NCBI GenBank assembly: GCA_905331295.1
Contig: CAJNYD010000003.1
Location: 1-64,000 of the forward strand
Reading direction: 5' to 3'
Length of the DNA: 64,000 nucleotides
DNA from: Rotaria socialis
Taxonomy: Eukaryota
Shown here: piece by piece, positions 1-12,861 of the stretch
Layout: every line of letters starts with the position of its first letter
How positions within the stretch are numbered: the first letter of the stretch is position 1
Translations under genes and position numbers: made by a program
Notes under the pieces: model-generated
Seen by the model: the letters and a program-made list of their open reading frames with translations, nothing else
The model's database searches: none
What the model was told of the DNA's origin: nothing

Positions 1-84
1 GTAATGGGAGCCGGTAACCGGATCGGTAAAACCGCGGTTAACCGCCGATTTTCATGCGGTTTTTATTACATGGGTAGCCACTAG
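1..84. mobile_element. Probable terminus of a DNA transposon (hAT-like) cut by the window edge
   Basis: GC-rich stretch with clustered ACCG/CGGT motifs ending in ...GGGTAGCCACTA (reverse complement TAGTGGCTACCC), then an abrupt change to AT-rich DNA. The partner TIR is outside the window. Confidence 0.35.
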
Positions 85-1234
85 TCTAAAAGACGTTTTC
101 CGTAATAATCACCACTGGATTTATCCATTAACACACGTCTCTATTTCACTGAATAATTTATTATTCATTTCTTTTCACTTGTATTCTACTGCTCCCATAA
201 CATATATTAACTTCCTTACTCATGTACACAACGATACAGTAGATATGCATCTTCAGAGAATAAAGAACGTTATCGGTTGCAGTAGATTATATAATCAGTA
301 TTAGCTAGTTTCTGAGGATCCTTAGTCTAATAATTATGATCGATTCCAAAGCATAGCAGATTCTATTAGATTATAGTCGATATCACTTGATTTTAGATCA
401 TACTAATTTTAATGATTAGAATTGATTTCAAAATCTAATAGATTCTGGTAGATTATAATCGATATCACTTAATTTTAATCTTGAAAAAGTCAACAGTTAC
501 CGATGAAAATCGATTATTCATGAAAATTGATTCTAACTGATTAATAAATAATCATAAACAAGCGATTATACTCTTAAAATTACTCAAAAAAAGCACAATT
601 ACTAGATTTTCGTCGATTATTGAAACTACCAATCGATGAAAATCATGTAAATGTTGATTTTTAGGCTTATTTTTTTTTACACCGGTACTACCACATTGTG
701 AATGACGGGCGTCAAAACTATTCATCTGAAAAGTCAATCATTTCGATTATTTGCATTCTATTAATTATTTCATAGATGCTTATTTGTGAAAAACACTGAT
801 ACAAAGCAATAATTTCCTTGAAATATTATTACAGACTTACCATAACATATATCCGGGACACTACCAAATTGTGTGGCAATACAAATTATTTCACATTTAT
901 AAAATTATTGATTTTAACTACCAATTTTTTTACGAATTGTTTCAATATCCTTATCGAATGAAATTATCAGTGATAATAGATGAGGCTACCTAATCTATAC
1001 TAACAGGTGATGTCTTTTGTTCCAGTGATGAATCAACCTAAAAACAATCTTTATAGACACTTGTTTCGATAATCACTAGAAAATAGCTGTTGCTATTTAT
1101 TAATTATGTTATTTTAGTAGAACCTCTTGAAGTATTCGTCAACGGATGATTTTTTGGATAATTTAGAGTTAAACTTAAGAATCAATATTCTAGATCAACA
1201 AACTGATTAAATTTTCATTATTTATTTTTACTAG

Positions 1235-4200
1235 AATCTTGTTCGATACTTTAATTTTGTTCTTCATTTCTTTGCTTCTTTTTTTTACATTGTAAGACTC
1301 ATAAATAGAATATTATATCGAACTACTTCAACTAATTACAGAAATATCAATAGATTTTCATAATCACTGTTTCATCAATTGTTCGGCTTTTTTTTATGGA
1401 AACATGACAACCACCGCGGTAAATAAATTATAATAGTTTTTTCCTATTATTATTCATCACGCGTGCAGTATTTCGATTCTATTTCATTTATTTACATGAA
1501 ATATTAGTTCGATGAGTTCGACTATTGTCTTGTCTTCTAAGTCCTCCAGCAAAACTTCGACAGTCCTATCAACTCGTCAATTTCTTGTTCGTACAAACAC
1601 GTCGTCCAGCGATATCAACAGCGATGAGAATGTGATTATGTTACGTATATTAGATGATATGCATCATGTCAGTGAAGAAATTATTTTAAGAAAATCTGAA
1701 TCACAAACTAAATCCGTCGAAAACAAGAATATCGATATATTTCATGTTCGAACTCAACAAGAACTAGGTGAAACGATACGAAAACTTAAACTACATACGA
1801 AAAACACTAGTAACTCATCGTCTAAAGATGATGAGAACGAAAGAATATTTTTGAAATGGATTGAATTGACTGATCTGAGTACAAAACGTAAATTTTGTTT
1901 TCCTGTCAACGATTATTTACCATCGAGTTCTGGTGACGCATTGGAATTGACAGAAGTACATCAAGATGGCACATGTGATGATAATTATCAAAAGGAAGCT
2001 AATAAGAAATATTCTAATGTAGAAAATAATAAAAGAGAAAAACAGATGATTAACAATCAACCCAATGATTATTTACAATCTATTTATTCTACAATGAATA
2101 CATCAGAATTCGATATTAATAATGGCAATAAACTTGCAAATGCAACTACTAAACAATTGACTACTACAGAAGAGAAATTGAAATATGCTAAATTATATGA
2201 TATTCGAACTAAAACAGCACATCAAGGATTTCTTGGAATTAAATCCTTAGTGAAAGCTAATGTCTTTGTCAAATTGTATGATATTCATCAACAAACATCT
2301 GAATCGATTCCTTTGACAATGTCCAGATTGCATCAGCGACCATTTCGATCAAATCAAACAGATCAATTTCAAGTTGGTACAAACATTAAACTTGATTCAT
2401 TGAAAAAAGTTGAAATGTGGCATGATGGAAAGAAAGGAACACGATTACATTGTGATACATTAGAAATAACTGATCAAAGCAATGGACAAATATATTGCTT
2501 TCAAATCAACGGTGAGTTCATCATCGACTATTCTAATATATACTGATGACTCGAGTTGCTTAGAATATCTTGAAAATAATACGAAACTGATTTTGACTGA
2601 TTATGATAATTGCCGATGTCTGGATATTCATTTGGAACACCAAAATTTATCAACAGAAAATACAACGACTTATGAAAACAAAGAAGATGATGCATCAGTA
2701 TTATCGAATAAAGCAAAAATAGGAAGTCAATCATTAAAAGCAACAGAACAAAAGACATCATCATTGGCAGTATTTCATAGTGATATAACCAGTCTTACTA
2801 GTTCAAACGGTAACTTAAATCAAATTTTATTTAAAGTACGAACAAAAGGCTAGTTACAAAGAATCTAATTTTGTATCGAAATTGTATACGATATTTTTCT
2901 ATCAATTTTATAGTAGGTCATAAAGGTCTTCTTTCTTTGACTTTGAGTGGAACAGATGCTAAAGTTTATATACGTATGCACGAAGGTGAAAGCATCACAG
3001 ACGATATACTATTAAATAATTCTTTGACTCACAATAATGCCTTTGAATCTGGCCATATAGATGTCTTTGAAATTTATGTACCACAATATATTAACTCTCC
3101 GGATAGAATTGAAATATTCCACAGCGGAAAAAAGCATGATGGTCTATATTTGACATGGATCGAAATCATGAATATGAAAACATTAGAACGAAAATGGTTT
3201 GAACATTCGTATTGACTCTATATCGTCTTGTAAATTATTTTTGTTGTTTTATGATAGTTTTCCTGTCAATCGATGGCTTGATTTAAATGAAGGTGATAAT
3301 AGAACACATACTATGCTAGAAAAGTTTACAGTAAATGAATCATGTGAAGAAAATGAATATCATGAACATAATTCACATGGTCAATATAAAATGGAATATA
3401 TTATTAGAACTAAAACAAGTATGAAACAACCCATGAATAATAGTGATGTTTATGCAAATATTTATTTGAAAATATATAATGATAAAAATAAACACACAGA
3501 AGACATGTTATTAAACAATACAAAACATCAAACAAATCCATTTCGAACAGGAAAAATTGATAAATTTGAAATTGGATCCATTCATTCTATGGATGATACT
3601 ATTGATAAGATTGAATTATGGCATGATAATACATCGAATTTTGATTGGCTTTGCGAATGGTAAGAATTCAGCTTCTTTTTTTAAAAGGCTATGGTTATTA
3701 TAATTAGCTGTTGAAATAGGATTGAAATAAAAAATAAAAAAACTGGTAGTATTAAATGTTTTGCAGTTAATCGACTTTTATCACGAAAAGCATCTGATGG
3801 TGCAATTAAAATTGTGCTTACAATTCATTCACATTATCCATGCGATAGAATTGCACGAGAACTACATGCTTTAGCTGACGAAGTTGCGATTCAAGATCGA
3901 CACGATTATGTCGATAAAATAAAATATGCGTCTCAACGATATTATCATTCGCCAAATAAAACTGAATTTATTAAAAAATATATAGTTACAACTAAAACAG
4001 GAAACTCAATATTATCTGAAACTAATCATCGTGTCTTTATTCGTTTGTATGATAATCAGAATTCTCAGTCAGAAGATATTTTACTTGAACAAACAGTAAC
4101 CAATAGAATTCCATTTCAAAAACATGCGCTAGATGAATTTCACACCGGTACATTAAATAATTTATTGGATTTACAAAAAGTGCATTTGTGGCATACGAGT

Positions 4201-7200
4201 GAAAGAAAAGAGGAATGGAATGTTGAATGGTTGCAAATTGAAGATATTGATACTAATCGTCTTTATTGTTTTCCAGTCGTAAGTTTAAGAATTCCTATTG
4301 ACTTGTTTTCTACTCTGTTAAGTTTTAAAGAATACATGGCTTGAGTCAAATTTGAAGGATAAAGAAACACATGTTGTACTCACAGAATTTACTATAAATC
4401 AACCGTGTTCAAGAATATCGAATCGGAAGGATCAGGAAAATTTGTCAAGGTTACCCGTTACTTATGATCGAGCAGATGATGACAATAAAAATAAACGAAA
4501 GAATCCATTGGTAGAATTCAAGCGATCCTATCATGTTGAAACAAAAACGGGAACAAAAGGTTTTCTCGGATTGTCTCCAACAGGTAGGAATCCATAAATA
4601 TCATATTGATAGCATACATCTCATGATTATAATTACAAAAAGGTACAAATGCAAAAGTATTTATAAAAATTCATGATACAAATGGGCAAATATCTGAGGC
4701 AATCGAACTTGAAAAATCTATTAGCCATAAGAATAAATTTGAACGAGGACAAACAGACAAATTTGATGTTGGTATGTTAATAAAAGAATATAGTGTTTAA
4801 ATACTAAATCAAATATTGTCATGATATCAGGATCCAGCCAGTCACTTGATGGTATAGATAAACTTGAATTATGGCACGATAATACTGGCACCGGGCATGG
4901 ATGGTTTACTGACTATGTCGCTGTAGTTGATAATAAAACTGGTGAAGAAGCATGCTTTTTTATTGGTGATTACTTAAACAAAAAGAATGGTGGAGTAGAA
5001 GAAAAACATCTTATATTAGATAAGCAAGCAGTGGATAATCGACCATGTCGTGAACATAATTTTGATGCAACTGAGTCAACAATTCAAGAAGCAAAAGTAA
5101 CAGAAAATCCAACAACACCATTTACACAAACATACTGCGTCAAAACAAAAACAGGTACCTTAACTCATATGAAGTAATTCTTTAAACATGAGGGATTGCT
5201 GTAAGTTATTTTTTCCAGATGTTTTTAGATTGATGTATATTAATACATTCATAGTATTTGATAGTGTGAAGATCAAGTAAAAGAAAGATATGATTTTGAA
5301 GTTTAATCTTAATCTTGTCTCCCATGTCATATATTTTTGGGCCGCTCTCATCTTCAGTATTGTATCTATTATCGGCATGATACTCTTCTTTGTATGATGT
5401 TATAATGTATTTCGAAATTTATAGGAACATTCCGAATTTGTTTTTCGATATTCTTTGTAAATTCAGCTGATTAATAGCATTTACTATTTTTCAAGAGGTC
5501 AATCTATAGGAGAATTTTGATTACACATATAGGTCCTACTGCTTATTTTGGTATGAATGGTGCAGATACAAATACAGACGTATTCATTCGAATTCATGAC
5601 AATAATGCTAAAGTATCAGAACCACTTCAACTGAAACAGTCTCGAACGCATCAAAATAAATTTCAAAAAAATCAAACTGGTAAAAAAAACTTGAACAACG
5701 CCTTGAATTCTAGTGATCAGATCGTTCCTTATTATAGACCAATTCGATGTAGGTACTCGTGAAAGCCTTGATGGTATTAAAAAGCTCGAATTGTGGCTTG
5801 AAAATGACAAAAACAATCAATTGCAATTGGATTATGTTGAAATAATCGACAACAAAACAGGACATATCTACTGTTTTCTTGTCAACACTATACTTGATAA
5901 AAACTCGGGCACAAATACAACTCATGTCTCACTTGAAAATCCATTAGAAAATGTTTCATGTTCAGTTGAATTTAATAAAAGCGAGCAAGTCAACAATCCC
6001 ATCAAAACAAATATCACCCATTCACAAAAGAATGATAAAACTGAAAGAAACTTCACAATTAGAACAAAAACAGGTACTTATATATATTGAGAGGATTGTT
6101 TCGAATTTGATATAATTTTTGGAGATTTCTAATATTAAATCATAAAATTCTTCTAGGTAACTCAGTAGAAGCTGGCTCAACAACACCTATACATATTCAA
6201 TTATTTGATGATCGTGATCAGAAATCTGAAGATATACGTCTTAAACGCAAAGATCATGATAAGCATAATTTTGAACCGGGTGCTATTGATGAATTTCAAG
6301 TGGCATCATTACAATCACTCTCTAATAAACTAATTGGCATTCGTGTAAAACATAATGCGGACAAATATCAAGGATGGTAAGTAACAAACATAGTAGACAT
6401 ATTTCAAGTCAATATTTATAGTTTTTCTATCATCATAATTGACTTTTTGTACTATAAAGTAAAGTTTCCTTTTCTATCTATTTCATAGGTATGCTGAATG
6501 GATCGAAATTATCGATGAAGATAACCATCAAACATATTGTTTTCCTATTCAACGATGGCTTGACAAAGCTGAAAATGATAAACAGACTAACATATATTTC
6601 AGTGATGTTTCTTATGTACCATGTGATTCAATATTAAATGCAACGCCCAAATCAGGTTATCGATCCATGGCGATTGTTCGAAAAACAGCTACTAGTACTA
6701 TATCATCTTTAACATCACCATCACGAAATTCAGATCGAACATTAGTTACATCGTTTCAAAATACTTATCATATTAGAACTAAAACGAGAAAGAAAGGTTT
6801 TCTTAACCGTTCACCAACAAGTAAGAAAAAAATAGTTGTATCGAATGTTAATACGATAATATTCGAATGTAGAAACCAAAGCAAAAGTATTTGTACGATT
6901 TATTGATAAAAATGGTGATGTTTCCGAGAATCTTCAATTGCATGATTCAACTGATCATCAACATAAATTTAAATCGGGTCAAATTGATGAATTTGATATT
7001 GCAACAAGCAAACAATTGAATGATATTGATCAACTTGAATTATGGACAAATGAGAAAAACTCAAGTCACGAATGGTTTCTTGAATATGTCCAAGTGACTG
7101 ATAATAAGACAGGCAATGTCCTATGTTTTCCTATCGATCAATATTTAAATGATAAGAACAGTGGAATTGAAGAAAATCCATTAAAATTGAAAAGAGCAAC

Positions 7201-9968
7201 AAATGAACAATTCTGTGAAGAATCAATCGAAAATAATAATGACAATGAATTACAAGAGCAGAATTCATCTTCTAATGTGAATATTTCTAATGTATCTAGT
7301 AAATACAAAACTAAATTTTCAGTAATAATTAAAACTGGTCATACTGGTTTTTCGATTCTCAGTCCTATTGGAGCCCATATGTAAGTTTAGTGTAATCGTT
7401 ATGGTTACATATTTAGCAAATTATTATTTGTAGTCCCGTATTTATTCGTATACATGACGCTAAAGGCAAGCTATCTGAAGAAATTCAATTGCAAAATTCC
7501 ACTAAACATTCAAGTGAATTCGCAAAAAATCAAACAGGTACGATACAGAAAAAGAATTTGTTTTGAAGTAGAATACATATGAAATTTATATTTTCATCTT
7601 AGATCATTTCGATATCCAACCTAATGGATTACTTGAAGGTGTATCACGAGTCGAACTTTGGCATGAAAGTGATAAATTTATTGGATGGCAAATAGAATAT
7701 ATTCAAGTAGTTGACAATCAAACTGATACATCATACTGTTTCCGTGTCAATACAAGCCGAGATAAAAACTATGGTTCGAAACAAATTCACATTCTACTTG
7801 AAAATCCGTTGATCAATCAATCTTGTAAAAAGCAAGTCGAAACAATTGAACCCCATCATAGCTATGCATCAGTATCAAAGAAACTTAAACCAGATAAATC
7901 ATCACGAAATTATACTATTCGAACGAAAACAGGTATTCTATATCGAATCATATGATTTTAAAAGGTAGTCACGACATAGTCTGTGACATAGATGAACATA
8001 TAGAACGTAATATAGCTAATATTGTTAATGACAGAAAAACAAATTTCTAGTTTGAAACACATTTCTTCATCATGATTATACGTAATTTTTGAGAAATACA
8101 ATACAGAAGTAGTACTTCATACACTATAAAGAGAAGATATTTTTAGATTGTCTATGATGCAAATGTCAAAGTGCATTTCATCCCTTTTGAATCATATTAT
8201 ATTTAAGAAAATAGTTAATACTTTATTTGAATGTAGGTAATCACGCTTCAGCTGGTTCGACAACGCCTATTCATATTCAATTAATCGATATCTATGATAA
8301 AAAATCTAAAGATATTCGATTAAAGAAAAAAGATATGGAAGGACATCATTTTGCGCCTGACGCTATAGATGAATTTAAAATTACATTACCAGAATCATTA
8401 TTTGCATTAAAAGCTGTTAAACTTTCACTTGATGCTGAAAAATATCAAGGCTGGTACGGCGAATGGATTTCAATTACAGATGATAATAACCAAGTGAATT
8501 AGTTTTTTTTCTCTTATAACTCAATATTAATTATCTTAAATATTAGGAAACGTACTGTTTTCCTATTCAACGTTGGTTAGATAAAGGTGAAAATGATCAT
8601 AAAACACATGCTACTCTGTACCAACAATCTACTATTCCTTGTGATCAATTATCGGACTCCATACTTATTCGATCTTCAACAGTGAACAATGAACATAATG
8701 AACAATCAAGAGACAGCGAAGTAAATATGAAAATTTCTTTTATAAATCTGCTTTCGTTCGATCATTATTAGGAAAATATGAGTTCATCTGATTTTCAAGT
8801 ACGTTTAAAAACAGCTGATATATCATTGCAAAATAAAATTGGACGTGATGCCAATATTTATTTAAACATCTATAATGAAAATAATAAACAAATCGGAAAT
8901 TCTATCCGACTTCAAAACTCTAAAACTCATAAAATACCATTTCAAAGACATCATACCGATGAATTTGATCTAACAATACCAATTGTAAAAATTAATGAAA
9001 TTGATAGAATTGATTTGTATCATGATGGACAAAATGATGGGTAATTAAAAGGAATATATTTACCGTTTTCTTTTCTTGTTTATATGTGTAAAACACGATA
9101 TCTCGAAAGAATGTATTTAAATATATAAGATAGAAATGTTAGATAATATTCTCACAGATCTTTTTATAGATACGATTAATCTAAGATAATAGATTTTAAA
9201 TCCATGACTCCTCACTCTCATATCTAAACTAATTCTTGATTGAAGTTTGAACGGTTAAAGAAAATAATGGTTAAGACAGATGCTTGACAATAAATAGAAT
9301 AAAATAGTTTCTCTCCGACTAATACGAACAGTTACAGCGGGTTTCATATTTTTATAATTCTGCAACAATGTCGCTGATATCATTTCCTTTATAGATGGTT
9401 CTGCGATTTTGTTGAAATGAAAAATCGTCAAACAAATGAAACTAGATGTTTTTCTGTACATCAATGGTTAGATAAAGTATCTGATGATAGAATTAAATTT
9501 TCAATGACAAATTATCAAAATGTACCATGTGATGGTAAACGAAATACTAAAAAAAATCTGAATTACGAATATTATACTGTACGAATAAAAACAAATACAA
9601 CAAATTTAACTTTGAATAGTTTTGTGAATGTTTTTCTAAAACTTTTTGGTAAATCTCATCAAACTGAACAAATTCAATTAGACAAAACAATTGACAATAA
9701 ACAAGCATTTCAAAGAAATAATTCAATCGATACATTTGAGATTCGAACATTAACGCAATTGAATTCACTTGAAAAAATCGATTTTTTTTATGAATTTCCA
9801 TCGAATAATAGAAAACTTTCTTTGGAATGGATTGAAATAACTAATTTATCGAATGGAACTATTTCATGTTTTCCAGCTAACTGTATATTAACATCATCAA
9901 ACATTAATCAAGGAATACAACAAGTATTGACTTTAAACGAATCGAATAGTCGACCCTGTTCTAATTAA
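1235..9968 (+). CDS. Multi-exon protein of about 13 tandem PLAT/LH2 domains (LOXHD1-like architecture) with an upstream hydrophobic exon; start codon unresolved
   Basis: ORFs 1512-9968 repeat the PLAT pattern Y-x-I-R-T-K-T-G...A-x-V-F-I-x-L-x-D...S-E-x-I-x-L...F-x-x-G-x-x-D-x-F...I-E-L-W-H-D...W-x-x-E-W-I-E-I...C-F-P-x-x-x-W-L. Exons join via short GT-AG introns. Exon 1235-1291 splices in frame to 1508. Stop TAA ends at 9968. Confidence 0.9.
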
Positions 9969-10043
9969 ATCAATCAATTATATTTTTTCGTTAAAATTAT
10001 GTATTTTTATATAAATAAATAAATAAATCATCTCTCTTTTATT

Positions 10044-11464
10044 TCAATCAGAACTGTTTTCATCAAAAGACATATGAATAAGATTCGATCGACAAACATC
10101 AGCTTGAATAGGAGTCATTCGAGCATAAAATCCATCAGGATTCTGATGGAATGCATCGAACAATTGTTCGCCAAGAGCATCGAAAACTTTTTCATAAACA
10201 ATCGGATATCGTTCAACAAACGTATGAAGAGTTAATGATGCTTGGCGTTGACTTTCTGGATAAGCCTCATTACCCATGACACAAAGTAACAAATGAACAA
10301 CATTTAAACGTAAAAAACGATAATGTTGATCAACAAGTAAACGAATACATTTACAAGTGGCTGCTTGTTGAACATAAATTGGCATTGGACCACCTTTAAG
10401 TGAATCAATTAAATCATTAGTTTCATCATCATCATCAGTTCTATCTGGATTGGGTGGGTCGTTTAAGCAAGCCATTAATTGATCAGCTAATGCTGATACT
10501 ATATTATCATCATTCCATTTGTTTGACATAAGAATTTGTATCAATTCAATAGCTTGATATTGAACTTCGGCATGAAATGATTGAAGAAGATTAATAACTG
10601 GTTCAAGTAAACTTCTATGAACTTGTTCTAATTGTGGTTGAAGTTTACATAGAAGAGCCGCAGATAATTCTTGAGCTTTAGGCGACGCTGACAATAAAAT
10701 AGCAATAAGACCTTTGTATACTTGCTGTGTATATGTTGGATTTCCATGTGCTAATGAATCGAGTAAGAATTGTGCTGATTTCTGTGTATTTTCGTTGGTT
10801 GTTGTCTTAGCCATGCATTCAGCAATAGCTCGAATACCGTATGATTGACAAATTAATTCTTTATAGATACGACCATTGTCAGCTATTAGTTTTAATAATT
10901 GCAACTATATATATATATATATTCGAAATAGGGTATTCAAAGAAAAAACAACAAGAAGAAATTATTTTAAAATTACTTACAGCTTGTTGTTTATCTTCAT
11001 CTTTAATTTGATTGACATTTAATATTTCCAGCAATGTAAATAAACCACCAACGTCAAGAAATTCACCAAGATATTTATTTCCAGTAGATGATTGTAAAAA
11101 AACACGCAGCGCTCGCAATTGTTCATTAAGACATGTTCCAAATAGGTAACTTATTCGTAGCCATGAAGCTATATTTTTCAAATAATGTCATACTTGTAGA
11201 TTTTAACTATGAAATAATCACTTACTAATGCGCGTAAAAAATAGACTAGCAGATTGTGCAAATTCACTTTCCAGTTCAGGTTCAGTAATTGTTGTATGTA
11301 ATTCAATAAAATCAAGTAAAATTTGACGACGAACTTTAGTGGAACCTGTAATTAATAAAGGACAGTATTAGAAAATTGTATAATTAGAATAATTCACCTT
11401 GGTCCCAGCGAGAAAGTAATCGACGAATTTGTGTAAGACTGGCTTCTTGTCGTGCGTTAGGCAT
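10044..11464 (-). CDS. ARMH1: Armadillo-like helical domain-containing protein 1 (C1orf228 orthologue), 4 exons
   Basis: Exon 1 reads MPNARQEASLTQIRRLLSRWDQG. Motifs YLGEFLDVGGLFTLLEIL, GRIYKELICQSYGIRAIAE, LLDSLAHGNPTYTQQVYKGLIA, EVQYQAIELI and SQRQASLTL match ARMH1 as I recall it. Confidence 0.9.
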
Positions 11465-11523
11465 CTCGTTCAAATGTTTGCTTATTCAAAAATTCTCATG
11501 TATTCTCACCATTCCCATGATGA

Positions 11524-11536
11524 GTTGCTAGGCGAA
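11524..11536. promoter_or_regulatory. X-box-like (RFX-binding) motif upstream of ARMH1
   Basis: GTTGCTAGGCGAA, 60 bp upstream of the ARMH1 ATG; close to GTTGCTAGGC(A/G)AC-type X-boxes. Confidence 0.45.
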
Positions 11537-12560
11537 GTCCATTACAATGATTTTATGTTCTTCACTTCCATCGTTGTCACTAGCAGTCGATCGTTTTCAA
11601 ATATAAATTATCATATGTCTTTTAAAACAGTCGTGTAGGATACTTTTTTTGTTTTATCTCAATCTATCAAGTTTCATTTAAAAAAAAGTATATATATATA
11701 TATAGATACTAGATTGAGAGTTGGAATGACATTGTTCTAAACGGAAGTATATAAATTTTGAGCATTATAATTTTATTTCTTCAAAAATAGTTGTGGTTAT
11801 ATGTATTTAAACTAAATTCTATTTCTAGTGCAAAATTAATAGAAGAGTTTCTTTTTTTTCAACCAACCACACTATCACCTATGATCAGATTTTAATGTTA
11901 TTGCAATAATTTGAATATTCAAGTGCTTTACATACACAATATTTTGTACAAAGAAAATTTATGTCTGCTATTTTTTCAGCTCTTACACTTTTTTGACTCG
12001 ATCTAACATTTGCAGTTGGGTTCAAAGGCTGATAGAGTTAGATAACTACTACGACATTTGATCATTTGTACAGTCATATTGTTGGATATTCACATCAGAC
12101 TTTCGATTCTAGAGTATATGAATCTCGTATAGCTCATCACTTTCCTGGGTTGCTGATTGAACTCATTTATTTTTAATTCAATCTGATTTTTATCCGAAAA
12201 AAATGGAGTTCTAAATTTATTCACGAACTATCTAGTCAAGCCTTGGATTTCACTCCCAATTTTCGATCGCATAATCAATATAAATATATATAGAGAGAGA
12301 GATAGATAGATAGAGATAAGTAGCATCTCAATATCATGTCATCAGTTGCAGTTTTTTACAACTTGTATCAATTTATGCATAGATTCGAATAAAGCTAATT
12401 GTATTCGAAAGCTAGAGAAGAGTTATAACATTTCTGTGGCAAAAAATGCTTACATTTAAATTTACAAAAAAAGAAACAAAAATTTCAACTAAGAGCTAAT
12501 AATCAAGGAAGAAATCAATAAAAGGACGCCAGAACAACGATTACTTTAAACAGATAGAAG

Positions 12561-12861
12561 CGTAGCTTCCTAATTGCGGACAAAAATGAAGCCAATTAGT
12601 GAAAAATGTCCGCAATTTGGAAAGAGAGAAACTTTATTTTCTTATTTTTATTGTGTTTCCAAATTGCGGTCACTTTTTAATTGATTAGTTTTTTCGAAAN
12701 GTACATATGTAGCAATCATTTTATGTTTGTTGATTAATCAATTAAAAAGTGACCGCAATTTGGAAACACAATAAAAATAAGAAAATAAAATTTCTCTCTT
12801 TCCAAATTGCGGACATTTTTCCCTAATTGGCTTAATTTTTGTCCGCAATTAAGACGTAGCC
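12561..12861. mobile_element. About 300-bp foldback MITE with about 125-bp TIRs and 8-bp TSD (possibly Merlin-like)
   Basis: Arms about 12571-12687 and 12735-12851 are near-perfect reverse complements. Flanked by direct repeat GATAGAAG (12553-12560 and 12862-12869). Repeated AATTGCGG(A/T)C subterminal motif; right end reads GGCTAC on the minus strand. Confidence 0.85.

Noticed and set aside
340..500. Two imperfect copies of GATTCT...AGATTATA(G/A)TCGATATCACTT about 82 bp apart, considered as a CRISPR-like array
   Set aside because: Only two or three degenerate units in a eukaryotic context with no cas genes; an ordinary decayed tandem duplication.
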